This document shows, in pieces, positions 1 through 12,100 of a DNA stretch of 64,000 nucleotides. The first letter of the stretch is position 1. Every line of letters starts with the position of its first letter. The position numbers and the translations under genes are program-made. The notes beneath the pieces are model-generated. The model was not told where the DNA came from and did no database searches. It saw nothing but the letters and a program-made list of their open reading frames with translations. The stretch lies in NCBI GenBank assembly GCA_020137815.1, contig CM035356.1:2418001-2482000 (forward strand), given 5' to 3'. Source of the DNA: Hormiphora californensis. Its lineage: Eukaryota > Animalia > Ctenophora.

Positions 1-830
1 CATCAATAGCTTGGAGAACTAGAGGCACCTGCCAATCAGTGAAATCATTCAGCCTTCCCAGTAGTTTGTAGGCTGTGTGGTGCTTCAAGCAGTACCCTGG
101 TCTAACTTGAGTGAGAGCTGTTATAGCCAACACAATCACTCTCTCATCAAAATCATTGACCATCTCCTCTAGATGGTGGAACATCATTTGCTCTTCAAAT
201 ACATCTAAAGACAGCCCATGGACCTTGAGACACCCACCAATTGCTAGCCTCCTCACATACACACTACTATCACTCAGGGCATGTTTCATGGGTCCTGCAA
301 TGTACTCAGCCAGGCTGGGTATACACAGGGATCCCAGGGTTTGGAGGGCGTGCCCACGGTGGATGGGGTCACTGTCGTGCATGATCTCTTTGGTTAGCTG
401 GTTGACACAGAGAAGGGCGGTGTCCTGGTGGAGATGGGCATATTGGGCAGCAAACAAACCAATCAACCTCTTGATACTACCCTCCTTTACTTGAACCTGA
501 TGGGGTTAGTTGGTTGTTAAAACGGGGAAGGGAGGAAAGAAGCGGGTTAGCATTAGTTTAGTTTTAAAACTATTGGCGAAACTGAATCAATAAGTTGTCC
601 AATCATTCATTTTAGTCACATAGTTTTGGATACAAACTATTTTATTCATTATCGAAACTACCTAAACTATAATTTCTCACCTGGAGGACAATATCAGGGA
701 AGAGAGGGGACATATCCTTGCCTAGATAGACATTAGCCATTATCTTGGACATGACCTTCTTCAGCTTCTCTAGATCCCCGTTGTGACTCCTCAACATGGA
801 CCTCAGGTCCTCCAGCTCCGATGTCGACAT
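1..830 (-). CDS. AP4B1: AP-4 adaptor complex beta subunit, 5' part (exons 830-681 and 496-<1; continues off-window)
   Basis: Spliced translation MSTSELEDLRSML...LGKDMSPLFPDIVLQ|VQVKEGSIKRLIGLFAAQYAHLHQDTALLCVNQLTKEIMHDSDPIHRGHALQTLGSLCIPSLAEYIAGPMKHALSDSSVYVRRLAIGGCLKV...AYKLLGRLNDFTDWQ has the beta-adaptin N-terminal motifs and best resembles AP4B1 from recall. GT-AG intron 680-497, phase 0. Confidence 0.8.
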
Positions 831-1091
831 GTTGAGACGTGGCTAGAGGGGAGGGGAGAGGGGGTCAGAGAGTTAAGAGGTGGCTATAGAGACGGGGGGA
901 GGGAGGGAGAGTTGAGGTAAAGAGAGGGGAGGTAAAGGGAGGTAGGAACCACAGAGGGAGGGAGAACGGTAGGACGAGGGAAAGAGAAGGAGAAAGGTAG
1001 GGCGAGAGATAGAAAAGGCTAGAAAAAGAGAAACTAGAAAGTGATAATGAGTAACAGGTGCCAAACGTAAGAATACAGCATAGCTTCTATA

Positions 1092-4000
1092 CAGGGTGTG
1101 AACTGCATGTCGTGTTTGCTAGTCGCGAGCGCGCTTGCGAGACAAGCAAACACGTCAAGGTTCATTAACAAGCATGCTGCTCAGTCATTTTAGATTTAAT
1201 TCACAATGTAAGGATACCATGTAATAGGTGAGACTCTTGCCGTCACCCTCGTTCAAGTCCCGTGAAAAACGGAGCAGTACACGCAAATTGATGCCAATTT
1301 TCCTCGCGTGACCCCGATTCAGCAGTTTGAGACACCAACTCTTTAGGGGGCCATATCTCAGGAACCAGACAAGATAGGAAAAATCGCCGTCTAACGAGGC
1401 GTACAGTTTTTAATCTAGTTTACCACTGTACCGGCCGTTTCACTCTCCGACCTAAAACAAAAATCGCAACCCCACAAAACTTCAAAATAATGAAATTCGC
1501 ATCTCGCATGTCGTGTTGCATGTCGTGTTGCATGTCGTGTCATGTTATTGACGCGCTCGCGTTCAACTCTCACACAGCAGCTGCAGAACATGGCGGGAAA
1601 CATCGAGGAGTAGAGAGAGGGTCGGTGCCGAATCAAATATTTCTTGATCTTGATCTACTCCATCTCTCAGCTATCCTACCCCTCATCAACTCGATCTCTC
1701 AGCTACCCTACCCCTCATCTACTCCATCTTTCAGCTACCCTACCCCTCATCTACTCCATCTTTCAGCTACCCTACCCCTTATCTAGTCCATCTCTCAGCT
1801 ACCCTACTCCTCATCTACTCCATCTCTATGCTTCCCTAGCCCTCATCAACTCCATCTTTCAGCTACCCTACCCCTAATCTAGTCCATCTCTCCGCTACCC
1901 TACTCCTCATCTACTCCATCTCTCAGCTACCCTACCTCCCATTTACTCCATCTCTCAGCTACCCTACCTCCCATTTACTCCATCTCTCAGCTTCCCTACC
2001 TCCCATTTACTCCATCTCTCAGCTTCCCTACCTCCCATTTACTCCATCTCTCAGCTACCCAACCTCCCATTCACTCCATCTATCAGCTTCCCTACCTCCC
2101 ATTTACTCCATCTTTCAGCTTCCCTACCTCCCATTTACTCCATCGCTTACCTTCCCTACCTCCCATTTACTCCATCTCTCAGCTTCTCTACCTCCCATTT
2201 ACTCCATCTCTCAGCTTCCCTACCTCCCATTTACTCCATCTCTCATGTATCCTAACATTCCTACCCCTGAGAGATGGAGTAAATGGGAGGTAGGGAAGCT
2301 GAGAGATGGAGTAAATGGGAGGTAGGGTAGCTGAGAGATGGAGTAAATGAGAGGTAGGGAAGCTGAGAAATGGAGTAAATGGGAGGTAGGGTAGCTGAGA
2401 GATGGAGTAAATGGGAGGTAGGGAAGCTGAGAGATGGAGTAAATGGGAGGTAGGGAAGCTGAGAGATGGAGTAAATGGGAGGTAGGGAAGCTGAGAGATG
2501 GAGTAAATGGAAGGTAAGGAAGCTGAGACATGGAGTAAATGGGAGGTAGGTAAGCTGAGAGATGGAGTAAATGGGAGGTAGGGTAGCTGAGAGATGGAGT
2601 AAATGGGAGGTAGGGTAGCTGAGAGATGGAGTAAATGGGAGGTAGGGAAGCTGAGAGATGGAGTAAATGGGAGGTATGGTAGCTGAGAGATGGAGTAAAT
2701 GGGAGGTAGGGAAGCTGAGAGATGGAGTAAATGGAAGGTAAGGTAGCTGAGAGATGGAGTAAATGGGAGGTAGGGAAGCTGAGAGATGGAGTAAATGGGA
2801 GGTAGGGTAGCTGAGAGATGGAGTAAATGGGAGGTAGGGAAGCTGAGAGATGGAGTAAATGGGAGGTAGGGTAGCTGAGAGATGGAGTAAATGAGAGGTA
2901 GGGAAGCTGAGAAATGGAGTAAATGGGAGGTAGGGTAGCTGAGAGATGGAGTAAATGGGAGGTAGGGAAGCTGAGAGATGGAGTAAATGGGAGGTAGGGA
3001 AGCTGAGAGATGGAGTAAATGGGAGGTAGGGTAGCTGAGAGATGGAGTAAATGGGAGGTAGGGTAGCTGAGAGATGGAGTAAATGGGAGGTAGGGAAGCT
3101 GAGAGATGGAGTAAATGGAAGGTAAGGTAGCTGAGAGATGGAGTAAATGGGAGGTAGGGAAGCTGAGAGATGGAGTAAATGGGAGGTAGGGTAGCTGAGA
3201 GATGGAGTAAATGGGAGGTAGGGAAGCTGAGAGATGGAGTAAATGGGAGGTAGGGTAGCTGAGAGATGGAGTAAATGAGAGGTAGGGAAGCTGAGAAATG
3301 GAGTAAATGGGAGGTAGGGTAGCTGAGAGATGGAGTAAATGGGAGGTAGGGAAGCTGAGAGATGGAGTAAATGGAAGGTAAGGAAGCTGAGACATGGAGT
3401 AAATGGGAGGTAGGTAAGCTGAGAGATGGAGTAAATGGGAGGTAGGGTAGCTGAGAGATGGAGTAAATGGGAGGTAGGGTAGCTGAGAGATGGAGTAAAT
3501 GGGAGGTAGGGAAGCTGAGAGATGGAGTAAATGGGAGGTATGGTAGCTGAGAGATGGAGTAAATGGGAGGTAGGGAAGCTGAGAGATGGAGTAAATGGAA
3601 GGTAAGGTAGCTGAGAGATGGAGTAAATGGGAGGTAGGGAAGCTGAGAGATGGAGTAAATGGGAGGTAGGGTAGCTGAGAGATGGAGTAAATGGGAGGTA
3701 GGGAAGCTGAGAGATGGAGTAAATGGGAGGTAGGGTAGCTGAGAGATGGAGTAAATGAGAGGTAGGGAAGCTGAGAAATGGAGTAAATGGGAGGTAGGGT
3801 AGCTGAGAGATGGAGTAAATGGGAGGTAGGGAAGCTGAGAGATGGAGTAAATGGGAGGTAGGGAAGCTGAGAGATGGAGTAAATGGGAGGTAGGGTAGCT
3901 GAGAGATGGAGTAAATGGGAGGTAGGGTAGCTGAGAGATGGAGTAAATGGGAGGTAGGGAAGCTGAGAGATGGAGTAAATGGAAGGTAAGGTAGCTGAGA

Positions 4001-6110
4001 GATGGAGTAAATGGGAGGTAGGGAAGCTGAGAGATGGAGTAAATGGGAGGTAGGGTAGCTGAGAGATGGAGTAAATGGGAGGTAGGGAAGCTGAGAGATG
4101 GAGTAAATGGGAGGTAGGGTAGCTGAGAGATGGAGTAAATGAGAGGTAGGGAAGCTGAGAAATGGAGTAAATGGGAGGTAGGGTAGCTGAGAGATGGAGT
4201 AAATGGGAGGTAGGGAAGCTGAGAGATGGATCAAATGGGAGGTAGGGTAGCTGAGAGATGGAGTAAATGGGAGGTAGGGAAGCTGAGAGATGGAGTAAAT
4301 GGGAGGTAGGGTAGCTGAGAGATGGAGTAAATGGGAGGTAGGGAAGCTGAGAGATGGAGTAAATGGGAGGTAGGGTAGCTGAGAGATGGAGTAAATGAGA
4401 GGTAGGGAAGCTGAGACATGGAGTAAATGGGAGGTAGGGTAGCTGAGAGATGGAGTAAATGGGAGGTAGGGAAGCTGAGAGATGGAGTAAATGGGAGGTA
4501 GGGTAGCTGAGGGATGGAGTAAATGGGAGGTAGGGAAGCTGAGAGATGGAGTAAATGGGAGGTAGGTAAGCTGAGAGATGGAGTAAATGGGAGGTAGGGA
4601 AGCTGAGAGATGGAGTAAATGGCAGGTAGGGAAGCTGAGATATGGAGTAAATGGGAGGTAGGAAAGCTGAGAGATGGAGTAAATGGGTGGTAGGGTAGCT
4701 GAGTGATGGAGTAAATGGGAGGTAGGGAAGCTGAGGGATGGAGTAAATGGGAGGTAGGGAAGCTGAGAGATGGAGTAAATGGGAGGTAGGTAAGCTGAGA
4801 GATGGAGTAAATGGGAGGTAGGGAAGCTGAGAGATGGAGTAAATGGGAGGTAGGGTAGCTGAGAGATGGAGTAAATGGGAGGTAGGGAAGCTGAGAGATG
4901 GAGTAAATGGGAGGTAGGGTAGCTGAGAGATGGAGTAAATGGGAGGAAGGGAAGCTGAGAGATGGAGTAAATGGAAGGTAAGGTAGCTGAGAGATGGAGT
5001 AAATGGGAGGTAGGGAAGCTGAGAGATGGAGTAAATGGGAGGTAGGGTAGCTGAGAGATGGAGTAAATGGGAGGTAGGGAAGCTGAGAGATGGAGTAAAT
5101 GGGAGGTAGGGTAGCTGAGGGATGGAGTAAATGGGAGCTAGGGAAGCTGAGAGATGGAGTAAATGGAAGGTAGGTAAGCTGAGAGATGGAGTAAATGGGA
5201 GGTAGGGTATCTGAGAGATGGAGTAAATGGCAGGTAGGGAAGCTGAGATATGGAGTAAATGGGAGGTAGGTAAGCTGAGAGATGGAGTAGATGAGGAGGT
5301 AGGGAAGCTGAGAGATGGAGTAAATGGGAGGTAGGGTAGCTGAGAGATGGAGTAAATGGGAGGTAGGGTAGCTGAGAGATGGAGTAGATGAGGAGTAGGG
5401 TAGCTGAGAGATGGACTAGATAAGGGGTAGGGTAGCTGAAAGATGGAGTAGATGAGGGGTAGGGTAGCTGAAAGATGGAGTAGATGAGGGGTAGGGTAGC
5501 TGAGAGATCGAGTTGATGAGGGGTAGGATAGCTGAGAGATGGAGTAGATCAAGATCAAGAAATATTTGATTCGGCACCGACCCTCTCTCTACTCCTCGAT
5601 GTTTCCCGCCATGTTCTGCAGCTGCTGTGTGAGAGTTGAACGCGAGCGCGTCAATAACATGACACGACATGCAACACGACATGCAACACGACATGCGAGA
5701 TGCGAATTTCATTATTTTGAAGTTTTGTGGGGTTGCGATTTTTGTTTTAGGTCGGAGAGTGAAACGGCCGGTACAGTGGTAAACTAGATTAAAAACTGTA
5801 CGCCTCGTTAGACGGCGATTTTTCCTATCTTGTCTGGTTCCTGAGATATGGCCCCCTAAAGAGTTGGTGTCTCAAACTGCTGAATCGGGGTCACGCGAGG
5901 AAAATTGGCATCAATTTGCGTGTACTGCTCCGTTTTTCACGGGACTTGAACGAGGGTGACGGCAAGAGTCTCACCTATTACATGGTATCCTTACATTGTG
6001 AATTAAATCTAAAATGACTGAGCAGCATGCTTGTTAATGAACCTTGACGTGTTTGCTTGTCTCGCAAGCGCGCTCGCGACTAGCAAACACGACATGCAGT
6101 TCACACCCTG
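1092..6110. mobile_element. 5019-bp Foldback-like non-autonomous element (long TIRs plus internal 32-bp minisatellite)
   Basis: CAGGGTGTGAAC...GTTCACACCCTG termini. About 560 bp of unique outer arms are mirror copies (paired ORF coordinates sum to 7202). 5-bp direct repeat CTATA at 1087-1091 and 6111-6115. No transposase. Confidence 0.9.
1653..5550. repeat. 32-bp minisatellite CTCCATCTCTCAGCT(A/T)CCCTACCTCCCATTTA: ~18 units on the left arm, ~102 inverted units on the right arm
   Basis: Read directly. Orientation flips at a ~20-bp spacer near 2246-2266. The translation has a 32-aa period (three units). Confidence 0.95.
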
Positions 6111-6461
6111 CTATAATTGGTAAAAGTTGTACACAAACTTATCAGACTGCTGCCTGTTATTACTGATGCATATTATGAAAATGTTAAAATAGTTTTGCAC
6201 CTGTTTTTAAGATAAAAACACTTTTTAAGATAGTAAATGACTGAAATAAATGCACACATAATTCTGGTAAATCTTCACAAAAATATACAGGGACAAACAG
6301 TGTAAACACCCCTTTCATCAACATTTAAAATCTAGAATCACTATTACACGAATAGCTCTCAAAGAACACACATCAATCATCAAAACTAATATCTTCTCCA
6401 GCTATAGTATAGCATTGTGAATAGTCAAAGAAATCATATCTAACATTGGTGACGCTACATT

Positions 6462-7553
6462 CTAATCATCTTTACTGAGCACAGCGACATAACTCCCGGT
6501 CATAGGATCCAGTTTATTGTTCAGCATCCTAACTGCATCCTCCATTGAAACCCTACTGATGGGGTTGGGCAACACCAGCTCACCCTTCTCAACTCTATCC
6601 AAACATGACACCAAGAAACTCTGGAGAGATCCTAGTCGAGACGGGGAGGAGATAAGGGCACTGGGGTTGAGATATTGTAGGCAGATTGATTTGTTGAACA
6701 TTAACTCAGACAGGGCTGGGGAGAGTGGTTGTTGGTAATTTGAAAGGACCACTTTAGCTCCAGCAGTAGCAGCCATGAGGGCCACACCAATAGGCAGGGT
6801 TCCTGGTGAGAGTTGTTTAGATTTAACCACCCCGTCAGGATAAAATGGGCTGGCCTGCTGGAGAGTTATTATGACATTGAATCCCATATTTTCTGACTCA
6901 GAAATGAGTGTCTCTACCAGAGATTTGGGGTTTCTGTGTAGCCATCCCTCAACTGTTGAATCCACCTTGGAGCGATATGGCCCAAACAGAATATCTCGCT
7001 CTCCCTCCTCCCTCATGTAGACCACAACTTTACAACCCCTGGAATCCAGGACCTGAAGTGCCATCTGACCCGCTGGGGTGTGGGCATCACATAGCAACAC
7101 CGTGTCACCTCTCATTGCATGCTGGGTAATCACAAAAACTGGTATCAGAGCTTCAACTGCAACCGCAACGGAATAATCCTCTAGACCAAGGCCACCAATC
7201 TCGACACACAGACATCTCAGCACGATGACAGATGTTGCTAAACCGGAGTGATGGCTGATCTCTGGAACTAGAAAAACAACTCGTGCCCCAACCCTAATAT
7301 CCGTCACCTCGGACCCAACTTGACTGATTGTCCCCACTCCCACTGTCCCCACTCCCTCCGGTTGATCAAAGAAGTCCTGGCCAAACAGGTACCTCATCTG
7401 ATTTGTGAGACGTTTCCGTTGGACAGTACAGCAAGAGACCTGGACCGCCACCTCATGTTCCTGGAGAACTGGCTCAACCTGGCCATAGACTTTGGAGTAC
7501 TCGAAAAAGGGGACAGCTCCAGTGTGGTCAATGCCACACACAACTCGCTTCAT
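6462..7553 (-). CDS. CRYZL1: Quinone oxidoreductase-like / zeta-crystallin-like protein (CRYZL1/Fy-4-like), single exon, 363 aa
   Basis: MDR-family layout (VGTISQVGSEV, GDTVLLCDAHTPAGQMALQV..RGCKVV). The C-terminal part QQPLSPALSELMFNKSICLQYLN resembles CRYZL1 [22 protein letters not shown] from recall. Confidence 0.7.
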   Translation of the reverse strand: MKRVVCGIDHTGAVPFFEYSKVYGQVEPVLQEHEVAVQVSCCTVQRKRLTNQMRYLFGQDFFDQPEGVGTVGVGTISQVGSEVTDIRVGARVVFLVPEISHHSGLATSVIVLRCLCVEIGGLGLEDYSVAVAVEALIPVFVITQHAMRGDTVLLCDAHTPAGQMALQVLDSRGCKVVVYMREEGERDILFGPYRSKVDSTVEGWLHRNPKSLVETLISESENMGFNVIITLQQASPFYPDGVVKSKQLSPGTLPIGVALMAATAGAKVVLSNYQQPLSPALSELMFNKSICLQYLNPSALISSPSRLGSLQSFLVSCLDRVEKGELVLPNPISRVSMEDAVRMLNNKLDPMTGSYVAVLSKDD

Positions 7554-8169
7554 AATTTCATCTCACCTAAGGGTAGAAAGTATTATCACTTCGTCCCTTT
7601 CAAATCGAAAATATCTAAACCCTTGTATGGCGGTCGACGGATAGAAGAATGTGTTCCGACACCGGACAATGCTACGGGTATTTTGCGTATGCTACAGACT
7701 CCTTTAGCGTGGAATAAGGTTGGCAAACGTTGCAGGCCCCTCTAGTCTCTACAGATATGAGGAGACTGAACTCTGAAGCGTATTCAAGGGGATAAGCCTA
7801 TAATAAGGCAGCGGCGTTCAAAGCGAACGGATTTAAGATTTTAAAATTTTAAAACTTGTGAGTCAAAAAACTCAAATTTGTTTAGAATAAGTGCGCGGCA
7901 CGTCAATGCGTCGTTAAACTGTTTAATTTTCGCGTGTTACATTTCTGACATATTTATTGACACCAATTTTTTCCCTGCCCGGGTGATTGCCGAAGGCAAT
8001 CACCCGGGGGGCGCGATTATAATCTGGGTGCCTTGCAGCGTGTTTGCAGGTGCGCGCTGCCAAAAAAGCACACCTAAAACCACTTAGACCGACTTTTTTC
8101 AAACGGCTATAGCCGCGTAACCACATGGCCGATTTGAGTAAACTAAACGGTATCTGATAGAGAATCGAT

Positions 8170-8230
8170 AGCCCTAACCGATAACCCCAAACAAAACCCT
8201 AACCCGACCCTAACAACAGCCCTAACCCGT
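8170..8230 (+). repeat. Degenerate telomere-like CCCTAA(C) repeats
   Basis: Four to five ccctaac(c) units in an intergenic stretch, probably part of a dispersed repeat. Confidence 0.45.
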
Positions 8231-8668
8231 CGCGCGCGCCAAAATCGATGAATTGTTAGCAATGAAAGGCACCCAGATTTTAACGTTTTCCTCACCCGGG
8301 ATGATGTTTTTAGCACGCACGTGCTAAAAAGATCATTCAGGGTTTAGAAATCAGCAGATTGTGTAGTTAACTAAAATGTCCGTCCGTCCGTCCACCGTTA
8401 CACATAGCAACAAAGTCTGCTCCTTCATAAATCTTTCAACTCACACTTTGTTGATGCAACAAAGGAAATGATTAACACACATTGTGGCGCGCAATTACTC
8501 ACTCGTATCACTTCCTATTTTCACCTGAAATCACTTTGGGTACCCTAAAGCCGTACCATGACGTGGTAGCAAGTCTTCCAAGCATGAAACTACTATCACA
8601 CAATAATTGCAAGTGACTGGTGTTAAGATTACTGAGGGTAAAGGTGAAGCGCTTGGTCACCAACTAGG

Positions 8669-8745
8669 GTCTCCTAAGCAACTGTCTTGGTTATCATAGC
8701 AACTGCCTTGGTTACCATAGCAACCACCCTGGTTACCATAGCAAC
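8669..8745 (+). promoter_or_regulatory. Four tandem RFX X-box motifs at 21-bp spacing upstream of CCDC180
   Basis: GTCTCCTAAGCAAC (8669), GTTATCATAGCAAC (8690), GTTACCATAGCAAC (8711), GTTACCATAGCAAC (8732). The last two match the X-box consensus GTNRCC-N0-3-RGYAAC exactly; the first two have one mismatch each. Confidence 0.75.
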
Positions 8746-9117
8746 TAACATCGTATCAGCCAAAAATTGCTCTTAGAGTGCAAAATTCATCGGAAAATCT
8801 GAATTTGAAGCTTAGTCATCAATTTTACACCCATCTGGGGCAGGGAAACACCGCATTATGAATACATAATGCAATAATTCTTGTTCATATTTTGTTTCCT
8901 GGCCCGGAAATTTAAAAATTTAAAATAAAATTCTCGGTTTTAGAAACCAAAAAAGAGAAATTCTCGGTTACTTTTCCCTCTCTTCCGACTTCCACAACTC
9001 GCCCGTGCTCTTTTAAAAGCTTCTCATTAGTACCAAGATTCTTATTTTTCCATCATAATGATTGCCGAGGTTGCCTTTTTGAAGTGATTTGACAAACTCC
9101 ACCCCTTTTCAGACCAA

Positions 9118-12100
9118 ATGTGCGATGTTTCCCCACCAAACCAAGTCAAAAACCTTCCAGATTTTATCTGTCAACCAACCAGAGTATCTGACAGGGTCAG
9201 CAACATTTATTCAAAACAATCGGACCACCACGAGCAAGCATTGATTGAATACCAAAGTAAAATCAAGAATGTGAACTCAAAAATAGAGAGCCGGATCCAG
9301 TACAGGTGTCAGGCGGCTGCCAGGAAACTTGCTGATGTGTACGGCTTCATTCAGGACAACCACATTTCCGCTCTCCGGGATCAGAAGAAATTCTCCTCTG
9401 TTGATCAGTTTAGGGAGATATGGGTTTACATACAACGTGACATGCTTGAGGCATCTGTGATAATCGATCAGCTGGAACATGATCTATTAGTTTCCTGTGA
9501 ACACGTTAGAATCAACAAAATCAACAAAATAATGACAGAACAATTTGAGGTTATCCTCGACTGTGGGAGATGGAGTGAGGCAAAGCTGGTGTCGTTTCTA
9601 GACAGCGAATCCCAAAGACTGAACCAGCTGAGTATTCAAAACTACCGACTTTACTTTTCTCTCACGGGAAACCTCCGGGTCAAATCAGTTGAAACTCTGA
9701 AGAAGTACAAAGAGGAATGGGATAAGCTACTAATGACATGGCGAGACTACCTAGTGAGGGAGAATCTGGTGGTTATCAAGAACATGGTGAATAGCAAGGA
9801 GTATTCAGACCCAGTACAGGTTGCCGAATCAAAACAGGAATGTGTGGATGAGCTACAAAGGCTGGATGGGAAGATTATGGAGATGTTTGGGGATGTGGTA
9901 AAGGGTCTACCGTACAACAAAGCAATGCTGGTTAACTTTAGCCGATCTGTAGAGAGCATCCTGGACAATAAGGATCACATTCGAACCCGGTTCATGGAAA
10001 GATCTCGTGCTCATTTTCATATGCTCATTGATAAGTTAGAGAAGAGGCTTCTCTCGATGAAGGAGTTCTTGTCTAAGGAAGCTTCATGTGATGATGAACA
10101 GTTTCTGAAGACATTTTCTAAATATGTTGGACAAGGTTCTGAGAGTTTTGAGGTGAAATGTGAGCAGCTGATGGATAAATACAACGCAGAGATATCTCGG
10201 AACTTGACTGTCATGGTGGATGTGTTTTCTTATGCCATGCAGTTTCTAAATGGTGTATGTGATCTTTGGGAGAACAATCTGTGTAGCGTGACAACCCACA
10301 AAGCCACCATGACCTCTGAACTGGGTACCATCCGGTCTGAACACCAGAGTGAAGTGAAGATCTTGGAGTACTCCGTCGATAAGAGTATGGAGAAGCTGCC
10401 CCAGACCCCTGAAGTTGCCCAAGTGAACAGGTTGCTGGAACGGATCATGACTCACATGAAAAAGATTCAGGACGGTACAAAACAGGCTTTTAAAAGTTAC
10501 AATGAAGTCCTTGAAGCATACCCAACAACTTGTCAAGATCAGATACGAGAATACACCAAGGAGATGTTGCAGTTTATCGGTCTCCAGTTGGTCAGGAAGA
10601 AAGCCCGGAAATCCCTAACCTCCACTAACTCTAAATTCCTGGAGATTAACGGTCATCAGTACTTCAAATTAGATCAAATCCCGGGATTCTTTGACAAGGA
10701 CGGACCTCCAGCTGATGAGGTTGTGAAGACCAAGTTCTACACAATTGTGGGCCAAGCGAGGGAGTTTCTCATCGGGCACATCAACACTCACGAGAAGAAG
10801 CACAGAGAGGAAACGGAGAGATTGGTAACCAAGCTGAGACTCGAAATGGAGAGGGAGATGGATCTTAGAAAGAGCTTTGTAGCACCCCGGAAGCAGAACA
10901 TCAGAGAAAGTTTCAGTCTCCGGAAAGAGGAGCTAACACAATTCAAGGATGCCTTTGATCTGTTTTACAAGAATACCCAACTCTTTGAGAAGGAGCTATG
11001 TCGTCTCGAGGAGGATCTAAACGTTGAGAGTTTGGAATTTGTTCGATCTACTGAGCAGCGAGTGAAGGACGAGTGTGATAAGCAGCTAAAACAAACAAGG
11101 AGTAAGAAGTTGATTGAAGCTCATGAAACTTTTGAAAAGGTCATGTTCGATATTGAAAACAGGCTTCCGGAGATTTCCAAGACGTCAATTGCTAACGTGG
11201 ACAAAGCTGCGAAACAGATGAAACAAAATGAAGATTCATTTGTTCGATTCGCCGAGGCGGGCAACTACAGCTTCGGTCCAAAAACCAGATTTCATTTTGA
11301 GTTTTGTGAGCTAAGAGAGAAGGCCAAAACTCTCACAACTCAGACAAAGCGTACTATCAAACAATTGGAGGGTATACGAGTCAAGAAGCTGACAAGTGTA
11401 ACCCAAACCTACAAGATACACTACAAACACTGTCTGTTGGGACTCTACTTCAGTGAAATGCGGTCTTGTCATCTTTCTAGGACTCGGCTGAAACTCAAAT
11501 CGGTCCTGAGTCACGGAGAAAAAGACCTCATGATCGTGAATGATAAAATGAAGGAAGTGAGAGATATTATCACCTCTATCACCGATTGTACTATGGCTGA
11601 GGTCCCTGAAAAGTCTGAACAGGTCATGGTCTCCTTCACAGATCTATTCGCTAAACTCAAATCCACCATCAACTTCTTCAACCACCGCTGTAGCTCAATT
11701 TCGGTGCCCCACAAATCCTCCCTGGCGGAGATCAAACAAAAGTACGACAACTTCGGAACGAATGATGCAAGTTTGTGTGAGACTGTATCGTTTACACAGG
11801 AGATAGTGGCCATCACATCGGTCAAACCGCTCACCGTACATAGCGGATCTGAAGACGATCTCGAGGGAAAGGAGAATAACTGGGTGATTGATCGGCATGA
11901 GGTGGACAGGAAGTATATCCAGGGTCGAATATCCTGTGTTTATGGAATTGGAGCAAACATTCTCGATATCCCCAATAATCCATGGGCCGGGGTTTGTGCC
12001 ACTCTCACAAGTACCCCCAACTCCTATTGGCTGAGCAAGAACGCAGACGGGCTTCAGGCGTTGAAAGAGCTCAAGGAAAAGAAGGAGAAGATATTTGAGC

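Noticed and set aside
2220-5558. 1112-aa and 657-aa ORFs
   Set aside because: The 32-bp unit has no stop codon in any frame on that strand. The 32-aa periodic translation lies inside a TSD-flanked repeat element.
7320-7745. 141-aa plus-strand ORF
   Set aside because: Antisense shadow of CRYZL1 with a non-ATG start and no recognisable features.
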